Shown here: positions 1 to 38,481 of the stretch, piece by piece | How positions within the stretch are numbered: the first letter of the stretch is position 1 | How the letters are laid out: each line of letters begins with the position of its first letter | NCBI GenBank assembly: GCA_963693365.1 | Contig: CAVNZM010000001.1 | Location: forward strand, 14,122,418 to 14,186,417 | Direction: 5' to 3' | Length of the DNA: 64,000 bases | Source of the DNA: Amoebidium appalachense | Taxonomy: Eukaryota; Protista; Ichthyosporea | Position numbers and translations under genes: made by a program | The notes under the pieces: generated by a model | Told to the model about the DNA's origin: nothing | Seen by the model: only the letters and a program-made list of their open reading frames with translations | The model's database searches: none

Positions 1-231
1 GGGAGGGAGAGAGAGAGAGTGTGTGTGTGTGTGTGTGTGTGCGTGCGTGCGTGTGCTTGTGCGTGTGCGTGTGTGCGTGTATGTGTGTGCATGAGTGAGT
101 GAGAGAGGGGAGGAAAGGGAGAGTGTCAACAAGACAGCCAGTGACAGAGAGGGGGGGGGGGGGGGGGAGAGGGAGGGGGGGAGGGGGGGGGAGCAAGAGA
201 GAAAGAGAAAGAGAGAACAGGCACACACACA

Positions 232-268
<37 letters not shown>

Positions 269-277
269 CTCACTCAC

Positions 278-457
278 CCCTCCTGGTCCAGCATACACAC
301 CACCCACACCCCCGCCGTGTTCGACACCTCATCCAGAAAGTCTGTCTTTGTTCGTAGCTGCATAATCCGCCCAAAGTGTTGCAACCCAGCCTGCCTTAGC
401 TCTTGCAGTCTTCTTTGCCTGGTTCATTGGTCAACTAAATGTTTTTTTCATACAAAG

Positions 458-488
<31 letters not shown>

Positions 489-1631
489 CCCCCCGAATTC
501 ACCACGAATTCACCACCACCACAACTTGAACCTCCCCCTCCCACACCCCCTCCCCCCTCCCCCCACCCACCCACCATTTTCACTTTACGTATTTCTAGTC
601 GATCATACAAGGTGTGTACATCGTTCAATACTCGGCCAAAACTGTCCGCCGCTGTGGCCAGCCTGTCTGCCGACCACCTGATACTGAAGTTGATCGGTTA
701 TGGCGCAAACATGGATCTTTGCCTGTTTTGACCTTGGACTTTGAAATAAGTGTCGGGCATACTGCTTATATCAATAATGTGTGTTGGGTTCCTTGCCAGA
801 TAATATATTAGATAACTAAAGCCTGTTTCAGATTCATAGTCTGGCCTAAATCAAAAAACGGTCTTAGACTATGACCGGCATAGAATGGCTAGGCCCCACT
901 TTGAGCCGCCAGAATCAATTAGGATCCTAAGACAAGTTAACATCCCCCCCCAAACACACACACACACTACCCCCCCCCCCCTCCACACACACACACACCA
1001 ATTTCCTCCCCCCTCCACCTCCCCTCTCCCCCCTCCCACATTCACCTCCCCTCGCCTCTCCCCCGTCCCCCCTTTCCCCCCCCCCCCTCCCCCCCCCCCG
1101 ACACACACACACACCCTCATCCTCTGTAGTATTCTCTCCTCATCCTCATCGTACAGATCCTCATCCTCATTCTCCAGCTCATCATAGGTCATGTGTTCCA
1201 GTCTGTCTGTGCGGTCCCGCTGGGCGCTCTCTACCACCTGATCACACCCAGAAAATGAACATGTATTCCCCTGGATATCCTCCCCCCTCCCGGCCCTTCC
1301 CCCCCCCTCCCCCCCCCCCCCCCTTCTTCCCCTTCCCCTCTCCCCCCCCCCCCCCCATCTTCCCCCTTTTCCCACCCAAACCCTCGCCACCCTCGTGACA
1401 CCTTTGGAAGTAACACGTAGGTAGCTGGGAAACACAATTACACCTACAAAAACACCGACACAGTCACACACATACACACCTGCAGGCAACTTACACAACC
1501 ACGAACACATCAACAACCTGCTAAAGCACCCATAGAGACACACGAAAATGCACGTACACACGCTCTACAAGCACGCAATAAGAAAGGATGTAAGCGCACA
1601 GGGACGAGAACAAACTCCCGAGGGCACACAG

Positions 1632-1692
<61 letters not shown>

Positions 1693-1920
1693 CACACACA
1701 CACAGATACACACTGACCCATACAACACACGGGCACATACACACAGGCCAACGCATGTGCCTACACACGCACAAACAATGTCCTCATCAAGGAACACACT
1801 GAGGGAGGGGGGGAGAGGGGGGAGGAGGGGAGGAGGGAGGGGGAGAGGAAGGGGGGAAGAGGGGGGGGGGGGGGAGAGGGAGGGAGGGAGGGAGAGAGGG
1901 AGAGGGGGGGGGGGAGGGGG

Positions 1921-1998
<78 letters not shown>

Positions 1999-2506
1999 GA
2001 GAGGGAGCGGGAGGGGGGGGGGGGGGGGAGGGGGAGAGACGACAGAGGTGACGGAGAGAGAGGGAGATGGAGATGGTGGGAGGGGGGGGGGGGGGGGGGG
2101 GAGGGAGAATTCGAAAGGGATTCAGGGAGGGAGGGTACGGGGGCGGAGGAAAGGGGAGCATTGAGGGAGAAAGAGGGAGAGATGGAAAGAGGGAGAGGGG
2201 AGGAAGAACATAAGCCTTCACGTGTGACTGCAGTGCATGCACACCACACAATGTGCAGGCGTGTACACATGCCAAATGACGTTCATCATCGCGCACCCCC
2301 AACAAACCCACACGACCGAACACCCATATGTCCACATCCACACACCCACACGTACAGGCACACACACACCGTTACAGCTAACACACGAACCCACAAACAC
2401 GCACCATGTCCTCTATCGTCTCCTCCGCCACGGTTAGTTCAGCTGGAGGCAGGTTTCCAAATTTCCTCTGTATGTCCTCCCATTCTGTAGTTTCTCGTTT
2501 CGCCAT
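278..2506 (-). CDS. PDCL3: Phosducin-like protein (PDCL3/PhLP2 type), 5' three exons; gene continues beyond position 1
   Basis: Exons 2506-2405 (MAKRETTEWEDIQRKFGNLPPAELTVAEETIEDM), 1237-~1113 (VVESAQRDRTDRLEHMTYDELENEDEDLYDEDEERILQRMR) and 418-278 (QRRLQELRQAGLQHFGRIMQLRTKTDFLDEVSNTAGVWVVCMLDQEG), joined by GT-AG introns. The TEW.DI..K.G.LPP, acidic helix, RL.EL and FG...WVV motifs match the PhLP2 family. Confidence 0.85.
600..940 (+). mobile_element. Possible degenerate 3' remnant of a piggyBac-like transposon inside a PDCL3 intron
   Basis: Frameshifted KVC...TVRRCGQPVC.DH resembles the piggyBac C-terminal Cys-rich domain. The segment ends GGATCCTAAGACAAG-TTAA, loosely similar to the right end of the MITE at 14407-14719. 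Confidence 0.25.
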
Positions 2507-2912
2507 TCTTGCACTTCCCGAGAAGACTATATTACAGTTACTGTAGGTTGGACCTTTTCAATTGGATCAAATAAGGGCGGGTCTGTGTTCAGTCAATTGC
2601 AGAATCATAGTATGCCTGTGAGCCTTAGAGTCAAACGCATAACAGATCCGTGGTAAAATTAGCCACGCAGATGTGTTGATCTGGTATGAAATATGGCCTG
2701 CGAGCTCGTACTTGTGCCTTAGTGTTCCGTTTGTAAGTGAACAGAGGCCGAGGAAAAAGAAAAGCGGCTGGTATGTTGCAAAAAAAAGGAAAACGATCCA
2801 GGGGGTATATGGGGTATAGATCCAAACCGCTGATTGGTTTAAACTGCATCCCTGGACTGATGCTTTTGTGTCCAATCAAACGCCTCTTCCGTTTTTTTTC
2901 TTTTTTTTTTTT

Positions 2913-2963
<51 letters not shown>

Positions 2964-3070
2964 TACATTAGCTGCACACAGATTGCCCACTTTACCACGC
3001 CCACCACACGTGCACGGCATGAACCACGAGTTCTTTATCCCCGAAAGTTTTTGAGGCCATGGCCGTCATC

Positions 3071-3118
<48 letters not shown>
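3071..3118 (+). repeat. (ATG)n trinucleotide microsatellite
   Basis: About 16 perfect ATG units. Confidence 0.95.
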
Positions 3119-3681
3119 GGCAGAACTGATCACACCTAACATGTCTGTTCGTTTTGCATAAGAGTTGAAGACAACAGAACACAACCATGCCAATTGCAAA
3201 ACCACCGCCACGTAGTGACATCATGCAGTATTATAACTGCGCATGCACTAGCCTAAGAACACTTAGTTGTCATGATCAGAAATCGACCCACATGCACTCT
3301 CTTATGAGAGCTTGCCTCATAAGAGTACACTGTCAGCTGTGCACGCCAGTGTGGAACCAGCCTTTCCAAGCCCGTCTAGATCTTCTTTTTTCTACACGAT
3401 TGCATTAACATCAGCTACTCACACACTAACTACTAAAAATACTATACACTGAATAGCCGGAACAGAGGCAATCTCATATTTGTTACACAGAGAGCCGAGT
3501 TTCCAGGGGAACCCGGCCCCGTTTGTGCTGAGACACCGGCTGATGTTATGCTCTGATTGACGAGCCTGTGTGGAACACGCCTGCAAAAGATGAATGTTAG
3601 TACTAGGAATGTAGCAGCAAACGCTTGAAAGCACACGGTCAGATGCAAACAGAGACACACGTGTGCACGTGTGCACGCGTG

Positions 3682-3754
<73 letters not shown>

Positions 3755-4111
3755 GCATACACATACACACACACTCGCGCGCACACACACACACACACAC
3801 AGAGAGTCACAGACACCACACACACGCACACGCACACGCACACGCACACGCACACGCACACACACGCATGCGCGTGCGCACACACACACACACACACACG
3901 CACATGCACATGCACACACGTACGCACACAAACTCACAGAAAGCGGTGTGTACACACGGAAAGCAACCTTGCTTCTCTCAAGAAGGAAATTTCTATCATT
4001 CTTCTTGTAAGAATATAGCAACAAACCCAATCAAACCAACATTATACACACACGTGCGGACGATAGGGAGGCCTACCTTTGAGACATAACCACACGAGAA
4101 ACAAGGTATCA

Positions 4112-17903
<13,792 letters not shown>

Positions 17904-19966
17904 CTTTGCCCTTCTGTTTGGGGCAACACACCAGTGTAAGTACAGAGCTTACTAAGCTTGTGGCTCCTGTGCTGTGACCAGTAGGAGGAGTATTTTAGTT
18001 TCCAGGCCAAAGGTGGTGGGTTTATTCAGCTAAATTAGACATGTACAGACTTTTTTCGGTTTGTTTTTAGTCATGTAAGCTCAGCCCATCCCTGTGTGAA
18101 CCAGGCAGGTCACAGCAGCTTTATAATACAACCTGATATGTAGCGTGCGTGCTGAAACCTACTACAACATGGAAACATCCATAGAGGCGATAGCATTCTT
18201 GCACAAGGAAAACGATATGATTAAATTAATTTAGCCACTAATTCTCTCTTGTGATGTGTTTACCTACTTTTCGCCGTGTCGGTAACCGAACAGCCTCTGA
18301 ATCCGCCAAAGTATCCACTGTTTCACTTTCGTGGGGTGTATCCACGGGTTCCTCCCAGGCTCCGTACAAGTATGGAAAAGTTCTATCGTGTTGCACTCAT
18401 ACGCACATATCACCATAAAACTTAAAGCTATACACACGACATAACGTCATGGTCACAAAAAGCTTAGAATTCCATGTTCCGTTCCCTAGGTTTTCTTGCC
18501 TCAAGAGTTTGGAGGGAGTTTCCGTGGGTCACACTCATGGACCGGTGATGATAGAAAGGATCTGTCCGACAGATTCTAGTTTGGAGGCTTGTTGTGCCAG
18601 ATTGATTTTTGATTGGTTTATACGGCACTCTGTTTGAAGAGGGCAAAACCGCATGCATCATGGGTACATACTCTAATGAAAATGGAAGACCAAATGACAG
18701 CTGCAGGATGCATGGAATATGTCTACTCTACCAAACCCCTCCTCACGGACATATTCTCTGATAAAATCCAACTTATTCCAAGCATCGCATCTTTCTTCCA
18801 GTAGGAAGTATTTTTTCCTACTAGTACACTGCTACGCAAGAACGGCCGGCGTGGCGAATGACTGATGATATGCGATCGATTTGCCCCCGTCCCAGATCTC
18901 CGGTACAGAACAAGCTTATGGCATCATACGCCCGTGCACCGTCAACCAGGTCCGAGCACTCATGTTTAGAGCTGATATACCTGTGCTACCATGAAAAGGC
19001 GCGGGAGAAAGGTATCGAGTTGCTGCTTCGTGGTTGGAGTTGTTTAAGCCCAGTGTACGTTCAACGTGTTTCTGTTTTATGTGGTTGTTGTGAATCAACG
19101 TAATCTTGCATAGCTATCTTGCACATGTCAAAACAACTTAAGCCTCGCACTCAAGTTAATCTCATTGTGGTCTGGGGAAAAAAAACGTTGGAACTAAAAT
19201 TTTATAAACCGCTCAAGTCAAATCGTCTATGAACCACCCGCAAGTCCGACTAACAACAACGAACACTCCACTCTCAACTAGAATAAAGCAATGTACGTGT
19301 GTTCTGGGAAGAGAGATCACGGCAAGTTCGGAACCAAAATCTGGCAATGCAGAAGCTTCATTATTTGCTCTTCACCTCACGCTCTGGTATTTCCTTAGCC
19401 TGGGACACACCTGCTATACAGTTCGCCAGTGTGCGGGAAGCCCCACTTGTGAGTATTATCCTTTTTCGTTCGTGATGTTCAGGATAGTGAAACTGGCTTT
19501 TGGGGAGGAATGCGGCTTTGCACACGTATGCACACACATCGCACAAATAGGAGAGGATTTTTCACCACACCCAACCTCATCCAAAACCACACAGAAATAT
19601 CATAGCGAGGGCATGCACGTGCATTGCATTATAAAGCAAAGCACTTTAGCACCGGTTATGCAAAATTCGCCCGGACCATCATGCAAAGCTATGGATGCTG
19701 CAAAAAGCCGACATTCCCTGTGAACCTGCGTCACAATCAGCTTTAAAGACGAAAAAATAGATTACCACACTCCACGCCAAAATGCTGCGCAAACACTGTG
19801 GCGAACAAGCGCACACCCATGTACGCGCGTCAATTCGCGCACTATCACAACCACACAGGAAAACAGAAACACTCATGCAGATAGAGGAGGTAAGAGCGGT
19901 CGGAGGGATAGAGAAAGGCCGATGGAATAGGGAGAGAGCGAGGGGGTGAGGGTGGGGGAGGGGGGG

Positions 19967-19999
<33 letters not shown>

Positions 20000-21353
20000 A
20001 GAAGGGTTAAGATTGAGAAAGAGAGGCATGGAGGGAGGGAGGGAAAGGGGGGAGAAAGGTGGAGGTAGGGGGAGGAGATGGGGGAAGGGGGGGGGGGGGG
20101 GGGGGGGGGGGGGGAGGTAGGAAGGGAGGGGGAGGGGGCCCCGAGGGGGACGGGGGGAGGGGGGAGGGAGGGTGGGCCTGCGAGGGAGGGAGGGAGGCCG
20201 AAGGGAGGGAGGGAGGGGGCAAGAGGGGTGGAGAGAGAAAGAGAAGTGAGAGAGAAGTGAGAAGAGATATGTTCATTCAAAACCATATAGAACAAGTTAT
20301 ACAGTTTGCAATTACTACAATTGAATAACACATGCATGGCATGCATAAAAAGGTCCGCGCATATCACATATATACGAAGTCACTATCACAGCGCACGTGC
20401 GCATACGGGCGCTTATATGAGAATATGGATGGCTGTGTGCTGACTGACCCGCACGGTTTGCCACCTTAAATATATATAAAAAAGAGAGAGAGAGAGAGAG
20501 AGGCCGCAGGGAAGACAGCACTCGAGGCTCAATGCAGGCCCAGCTTGAAAAGGAAATACAAACGCCCATCTGATTGGTGTGTCGGATCTGATTTTAGGTA
20601 ATCCAATCAAATTGAATCACACACGCTCTTCCTATACCACACCTTGTAAACACCTGAAATAAGTCCCACGAAATTCCTGATGTTTGAAATCCACAGCACA
20701 AATGTTTAACAAGCTACAAAATACATACTTTGCAGTGACTGACTGACGGTTTCATAATAGGTGTTAATAAATAATAACACTGAATTTGACTTACTACACT
20801 AGGACGGTGGGACATCAGGCTATTGGTGAATCGACCCGTTTGGAGCTTCTATGATTTAAAAGTGACGGAAATTCTTAATTTGTAGTGGGGATTTAACACT
20901 TCCAGCACCTGTACCCCACATACCACCACCAGCTACCACCACCAGCTACACACGGCCCAAGTCGTCACAAGAACCCAGTCAGCCGGCTTTCTTTTCGGTT
21001 GAGTCACTGGTATACACTTTCTGCTTGTTTCGTGTCTGCTCCAAAAGAGGTTGGCCTTTGCACAGTGGTTTAGCAAGGGGCTCGTATACTGGCTCCCGTC
21101 TAGGTACCCACTAGGCTACACACACATAACATGGCATGTGGACGCAAGTACTCGGATCTGTATCTCTGATGTCTAGGAACAAGAGCACACACATGCATAG
21201 TTGCTTTTCTTTGTCTCCATCTCACATAACTTACTAATTTAGTGGGCTTTCACGTACACGCGCTCGTAGAGGCGTAACCAAGGTTTCTTTCATGTAACCA
21301 TCCCCATCATTACTAGACACAGTTCGAAAAACGTCCATTGCTTCTGTTGAAGA

Positions 21354-31763
<10,410 letters not shown>

Positions 31764-32160
31764 GATCGCACTGGTAAAAACCAGCCCCCGTCCAACCGCG
31801 AAGTTTCTTAAAGGGATTTAATAGGTTTTTCGAATGTCCAATGGGCGCTGCCTGCTTACATCAGCAGCGACCGCCGATGGTATACGCACAACACACACAC
31901 ACGAGCACGTCACATATTTGTTGTACATTGCACCGTTAGTTAAGATTTTGGGGGAGGGAAAAAAAAAAAACATGAAAAAAAGAAGTTGCGTGCTTGCTGG
32001 AGTTTATGCACCGGGCTACGCGGTGTGTTGTATAACAATGACTGGCCCCACGCAACTAGTACAATGAGAATACGCACCCATGTCTGGATTATATACGACT
32101 TTGGTTTCTTCAAATTGCCAAGTATTCACACAAGACATTGGTCACAACCCCGCATGGTAT

Positions 32161-32251
<91 letters not shown>

Positions 32252-32681
32252 TCAGACACTGTCACGCACACAAATACACAACAGCTGTAAGCCCCGCAGC
32301 AGAAAAAGGATTTGAAACAACTAGAAGTATGTTCGCGTCTTGCCAGCAGTGCAACACAGAACAGTTGTTGTATGTAACTACTAAATAGTCACTATTTAGT
32401 TAGGTAGCAGTATAAGTATTATGTGAGATATAGCGGCCCATAATTGGCCATGCTTGTGGGGAAAAGAAATTCCCGTAATAAAAATAGTTGCAACCTGTCG
32501 GCATGCACATAACCTCCCCGTACCTAGCCAAATCCAAATGGAGTCATACTCTTTGTCAATCGAAGGCACTCGAGGAGTTCGATATTGAAGGTGGATTGTA
32601 GCCGTTCAGACATGTGTGTGTGTGTGAGTTTTTTATTTTATTTTTTTATTTTTTTATTTTTTTGCGTGCGTGTGTGTGTGT

Positions 32682-32716
<35 letters not shown>

Positions 32717-32959
32717 GACGGAACATGCCAAAACGCAAATTAACTTGTGGTCAAAATGCAATATCCGTCTATGTCTGTTTGGCCATTTTTTATTCGTTGA
32801 CGATGTTTATAGTTGCATGCAAAAGTGGTTGAAAATACCTGGTAGGCCCCTGGGGAGGGGCGAGCGGAGAGGGGGAAGAGAGGGGGGAGGGGGGAGGGGG
32901 GTCACGGGGGGGAAGGGTTTAGGGGGGGGAGGGGAGGGGGGGGGGGGAGGGGGGGGGGG

Positions 32960-32993
<34 letters not shown>

Positions 32994-33089
32994 GAGAAGG
33001 GGGGTGGCAGAGTGTAGCTGCCTGGATGGGGGGGGGGGGGGGATGGGGGGGGGGGGAAGGGGTAAATGGGAAGATTTCGGGCGGGCCCC

Positions 33090-33127
<38 letters not shown>

Positions 33128-33408
33128 AGAGAATGCTTCTTTCCCTTGGGATTCTCATCGCACGTCCCGAGATATCACAGTCACTGACAGTATAACATAA
33201 CTTCTGATAAATTTTCCCGTGCGGTATTCCTTTTCCCCACTGCCAGTTCTCGACGTGTCAAGCTCAACATATGCGTACCCTCAGTCCCCCTCTTTTCCCT
33301 CTCCTCCCGTCTCCTACCCCACCACAAAACCACCCCAATCATATTCTAGTGATCCGTGCCATTCTCCCTTTCCCCTTTTCCGCCCCCTCCCCCCCTCTCC
33401 CCTCCCCC

Positions 33409-33439
<31 letters not shown>

Positions 33440-34336
33440 ACACACTCCCACCCCACCCACACCCGCTTTCCCCCCCCCCCCCCCCCCCCCCCCCCCTCCC
33501 ACCTCCCCTCCCCTCTTTTTCCCCAAACCAACTGTGTCTCTTCGCGTGCGTCTTCGGTGCTCGACGGTTCCCATAACGGTCGACTTGAGAGAGCTGATCC
33601 ACACACGGGACTGTGAGCAAATTGTGTGTCACCTGTGTCACAATACAGTTGGACACAGTTGTAGCGTAACGTGATCATGGATGTCACCGAAGTCACAAGG
33701 GTATTCAATAGTGTCTATCGTGCTCTAACACTGCTGTCAACACTTCCTGCTTACCTCGGAAAACGTCATCAAAATGGCATCAAATCTTTAAGTGCCACGT
33801 TAGGACCGTTGGTTCGGGAGGCCACGGTTTTGTACCGTAATTCTATCACACAAAAAAGCACACGGTACGGACATCACCTCAACAAAAATCAGCAAAAAAA
33901 AACTTGCCGAGAAGTTCACCAGCATCAGTTTTCGTTCGAGCTGTGTATTAGCGGTGTCAAACCTTGTTTCAGACTGCACCCTTTCGAACAGAGACACTCC
34001 TTAGTCTTCAGCCATTTACAAGGCATCGAAAACACTGACGAGTCATTTTGTTGTTAGAGGGTAGGTTTTTGTTTCCTAGTCTTACTCTTATCGTTGAGAG
34101 TACCCGTCCCCCCCCTCCCCCCCCCCCCCCTCGCCCCCCTCCCCCTTCCCCTCTTCCTCCCTCCCCCCCCCCCCCCCTCCCTCTCCCCCCTTTTTCCCTC
34201 TCCCTCCAGGCCTCCCTTGCCCCCTCAGTAAAACATTCAAAAGAAAAAAGAAAAACAGGAGTAGACACCGATGAAAAGAAAAATTATTAGAACAGAAAAG
34301 AACATGGACAACAAGGCAACGGCATTACTGTGATTT

Positions 34337-34367
<31 letters not shown>

Positions 34368-35091
34368 TTTTAATGTCCATTTTCAATATTGCCATCGCTG
34401 GTCCTCTGCATAGGAAAACCATTCCTGTATTTCATACGCTGCAATTCTGTATTGTGCAAGGATCAACTGTGCTTTTCTTCATTGACCAGAAGGCTCGTTT
34501 TTAGTACCTTTCTTTCATGCTTGGGAGCATTTTTCGCCCCACTCCGTTCTTATCCACGTTATGTACATACGTTCCCCTCCCCCTCCCCTCTCCCCCTCCC
34601 CCCACCCCCTCCTCCGCCTCCCCTCTCTTCCCCCAATTCCTCACACCAACTCTTTAGCTTCCTAACCACCATATATCAGTTATGTTGTACTGGGTCACTC
34701 AGAAAATCCCGTTGGCGTCGAGCCATAAATAGCTGTCAGCAGATGCTAGAAACCAGAATCATAACCAACTCCTTACCCGCCTCCCCTCCCCCCCCCTCCC
34801 CCCCCCCCCCCCCCCCCTTCCCCCCCTGGCCACCCTCCTCCTCCCCTTCTCCTGCCCCCCTTCCCCCTCCCCTCCTCCTCCCCCCTCCTCTCCTCCTCCT
34901 TCCCCTTAGCTCCCACACACACACACGATACAGGCCCTAGAGGGCCCCTCCCCCTCCCCACCCCTCCATCCCCTCCCCTCCCCTCACCCTTCCCTCAACC
35001 TCCCACCCCACCCCACCTCCTTTCCAAAACCAACAAAAAAACAAAAAAAACAAAAAAAAAAGAAATCGAAAAAACAACACACACAGACAGC

Positions 35092-35608
35092 ATGATGGCC
35101 ACCGACACCACCAACGCAGTGAGTGTACTCGGGGAGGTGGATGAGAACAGGGCAGCTCTGTCATGGGTGGCCCGTCAGATCGTGGCCCCAGGCAAGGGCC
35201 TGCTGGCTGCTGACGAGAGCACCGGCTCCATCGCAAAAAGGTACATGTTGCATAGAAACCCCCTTTAAAAAGGCACATGTTGCATAGAAACTCCCCTTTA
35301 AAGAGGTAAATGTTGCTTTAGACCCCTCTTAAAAGAGGTAAATGTTGCTTTATACCCCCCTTTACAGAGGCACATGTTGCTCCCCCCCCCCCCCCCTCCC
35401 TCGAGACCCCCCCCCCCCCCCCCCCCCCCCTCCCCCACCCACCCCACGCACCCCAACCCCTCCGCACCTGTCCACCCGTCCTTCACTCCCCACCTGTTTC
35501 TTATTAACCCGTGGTATATCGTCCCCCTGCTCCTGGGGACCCAGGCCCATGTTTTCGTCACTCGATAGCACCCCTACACCCTCATTTTTCGTGCATCGAG
35601 TTGCCCCC

Positions 35609-35657
<49 letters not shown>

Positions 35658-36469
35658 CCTCAAACGTTTTCGTGCACGAATTGCCCTTGGAGTAGAGAAT
35701 AAGTTTTTTTTTTTTTAAAGAAAAAATACCTGACCTGACCACACAAATTGCAACACCAAACCCCCTACGACTCATCCTCGTGCTGAAACCTCTCCATCCC
35801 ACCCACCCACCCACCCTCCCCCACCACACCTTCCAACCTCCCCCCCTTCCCCCCCCCCCCCTCCCCCCCCAACCCACCCGCAACCCCCCATACCCCACAC
35901 CTTCCCTCCCCACTGCTTCCCCTCATTCTCTTCTTGTACAGATTCGAGGGTATCGGTGTTGAAAACACCGAGGAAAACCGGCGCCAGTACCGCCAGCTGC
36001 TTCTTACTGCCGGACCGGAGATGAGCAAAAGCATCAGTGGGGTGATCTTATACGAGGAGACCTTGGGCCAGAAGGCGGACGACGGGGTGAGGCTGGTGGA
36101 CAAACTCAAGAACATGGGGATACTTGTGGGGATCAAGGTGAGTGTTTTGGTTGGTTGGATAAGATTAAACCAGGTTATATGATTGGTCGTATGATTGGCC
36201 CATAGTTGGTCATATGATTAGTTGGTAATTTGATTGGTTGTGTATCATTCAAGTCATATAGCTGTGCATAGAATTGGTCACCTAGTTGATGATGATGATG
36301 AGATGTAGGCGTACGTGGGCGCACCAGTAGAGTACACGTGCACATGCAAGCACAGAAACTCATGGAGAAACGAGTGCGCTTATGTGCCGTATAGTTTATG
36401 TGATGATTTTGCACATACGTGCCATCAAATGTGTACGTGGACACTGGATAGGATAGGCTTTCATATTTG

Positions 36470-36505
<36 letters not shown>

Positions 36506-36511
36506 GCTGCA

Positions 36512-36543
<32 letters not shown>

Positions 36544-36612
36544 GAGGGGTTTGAATCTATCTTTTTTTGTGCTTGTGCATGTGTGTGTATGGATAGGGGT
36601 GGGGGAGGATGG

Positions 36613-36664
<52 letters not shown>

Positions 36665-38448
36665 GTGGGCACTACTCTCCTGGGAATTCGAAAAGAGCGC
36701 GAGAAAAGAGGGAGGAAGGAAAGGAAGGAATGCAAGAGAAACCTGTGCCCTTACTGCTGTTTCGGCTTTTGCTTATCAACCATCGGCTGAAACCTCCCCC
36801 CCCCTCCCCTCCCCTCCGCCCCCTCTCTATCTGCCCCCCCCCCCCCTCCCCCCCTCCTTTCCCCTTTTCCCCCCCTTTCCCCCTGCCCCTGTGTCCGCTC
36901 GCCTCTCAACCACCTTCCCTACCTTCATTCCAGTTTCCATCCCAAGCCTTGTTTGGCCCAGCTCAATATCGCGGTTTCTTCCATCTGTTTTCGTTTTTCT
37001 CGCTCTCTCTCACTTTCTCTTTCTGCCTCTCTCTCTGCCTCCCCCACCCCCCCACCACTCTTCAACCTTACCCACCCCTCACCCTCCCTTCCCCTCTCCC
37101 CCCCCCCCCCCCCCCCCCCCCCTCTCCCCCCCTCCCCCTGCCCTCCTTCCCCCCCCCCCCCCAAAAAAAAAAAAAAAAAAAAAAAAAAAACAGGTGGACA
37201 AGGGTGTTGTGGAGCTGCCCGGGACACAGGGGGAGACGACGACTCAGGGCCTGGACGATCTTAACAAGAGGTGTGCCAAGTACAAGATGGAGGGGGCATC
37301 GTTTGCAAAGTGGAGATCCGTGCTCAAGATCGGGAACGGGTGCCCCTCAGAGCTAGCCGTGCAGGTACGGGATGTGGGGCCTTTCTTTTTTCTTTCCCCC
37401 CCTGAATATCCGTTGTAAATTCCTACATATTGCTTTGCGGGCCGCGAATTTGTTTTCCGGGTATTCCTGATTTCCCGAGTATTGCCTCATGAATGTGATT
37501 ATCTGAACAATTTTACGTTCTTGTATATCCGGGATTTCTTCCTCTCCTTTTTATTAAGGAGGATTTTTGTGGGGGGGTAGGGGAGGGGGAGGAGTGGCAA
37601 GGGGGCAGCGTGCGTTTTTATGGGGTCTGGGCAATGGATGGAGGAGGAATGTGTGTGTGTGTGCGCGTGTGGTGTTTTTGGGGGCGGGTGGGGAGGGGGG
37701 AGGGGGGGGGGAACACACCCGCACACCCAACCACGCTCTCCCACCCACCCACCCACCCACCCATCCACCCACCCACACCCACCCACCCACAACCACCATT
37801 CCACCACATCCACCGATCCACCACACCCGCACACCCACCTACCTCTTAAACCCGCCCATCCACTCACGACTCATTCTCCCCCCCCCTCCCCCCCCCCCCC
37901 CCCCCCCCCCTCACCCACCCCCCCTTCCCCCCTCCTCCCCTCCCCCCTCCCCCTATCCAACTCCCCCCCCCCCCCCCCCCCCCCCCCATCCCCCATCCCC
38001 CATCCCCCACCCCCCTTATTCCCACCCCTACCCCCACCCCCCCCACTCACCCGTCCACCCTCCCACCCCCCACCCCACCCCCAACCCCCCACACACAATC
38101 CATCAAACCCCCCCCCCTCCCCCCACCCCACCCGTGCAGGAGAATGCGCACGTGCTAGCACGCTATGCCGCCATCTGCCAGGCCAATGGTCTTGTGCCGA
38201 TTGTTGAGCCCGAGATCCTAATGGATGGAGATCACGACCTGCAGACGGCCATGGCTCAAACAGAGAGGGTCCTGGCTGCGGTCTACAAGGTGCGCACTGG
38301 CTCCCCCCCCCCCTCCCCCCCCCCCCCCCCGCTCCCCGCCTCCTCCCCCCCCCCCCCCCCAGGGGCAAAATCGTCTATCACTATATTACTCCCCCCCCCC
38401 CCCCCCCCCCATCCGCACTCATTTCTCTGCATCTTTTTGGGCCTTCCA

Positions 38449-38481
<33 letters not shown>

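Noticed and set aside
18449-19723. Short ORFs in the repeat-poor region between the PH gene and the lyase gene
   Set aside because: No domain motifs or consistent exon chain were found. It may be regulatory DNA or an unrecognisable decayed element.
33671-34057. 128-aa ORF upstream of aldolase
   Set aside because: It has no recognisable motif, and its position fits the aldolase promoter or a 5'UTR exon with a donor near 34060.
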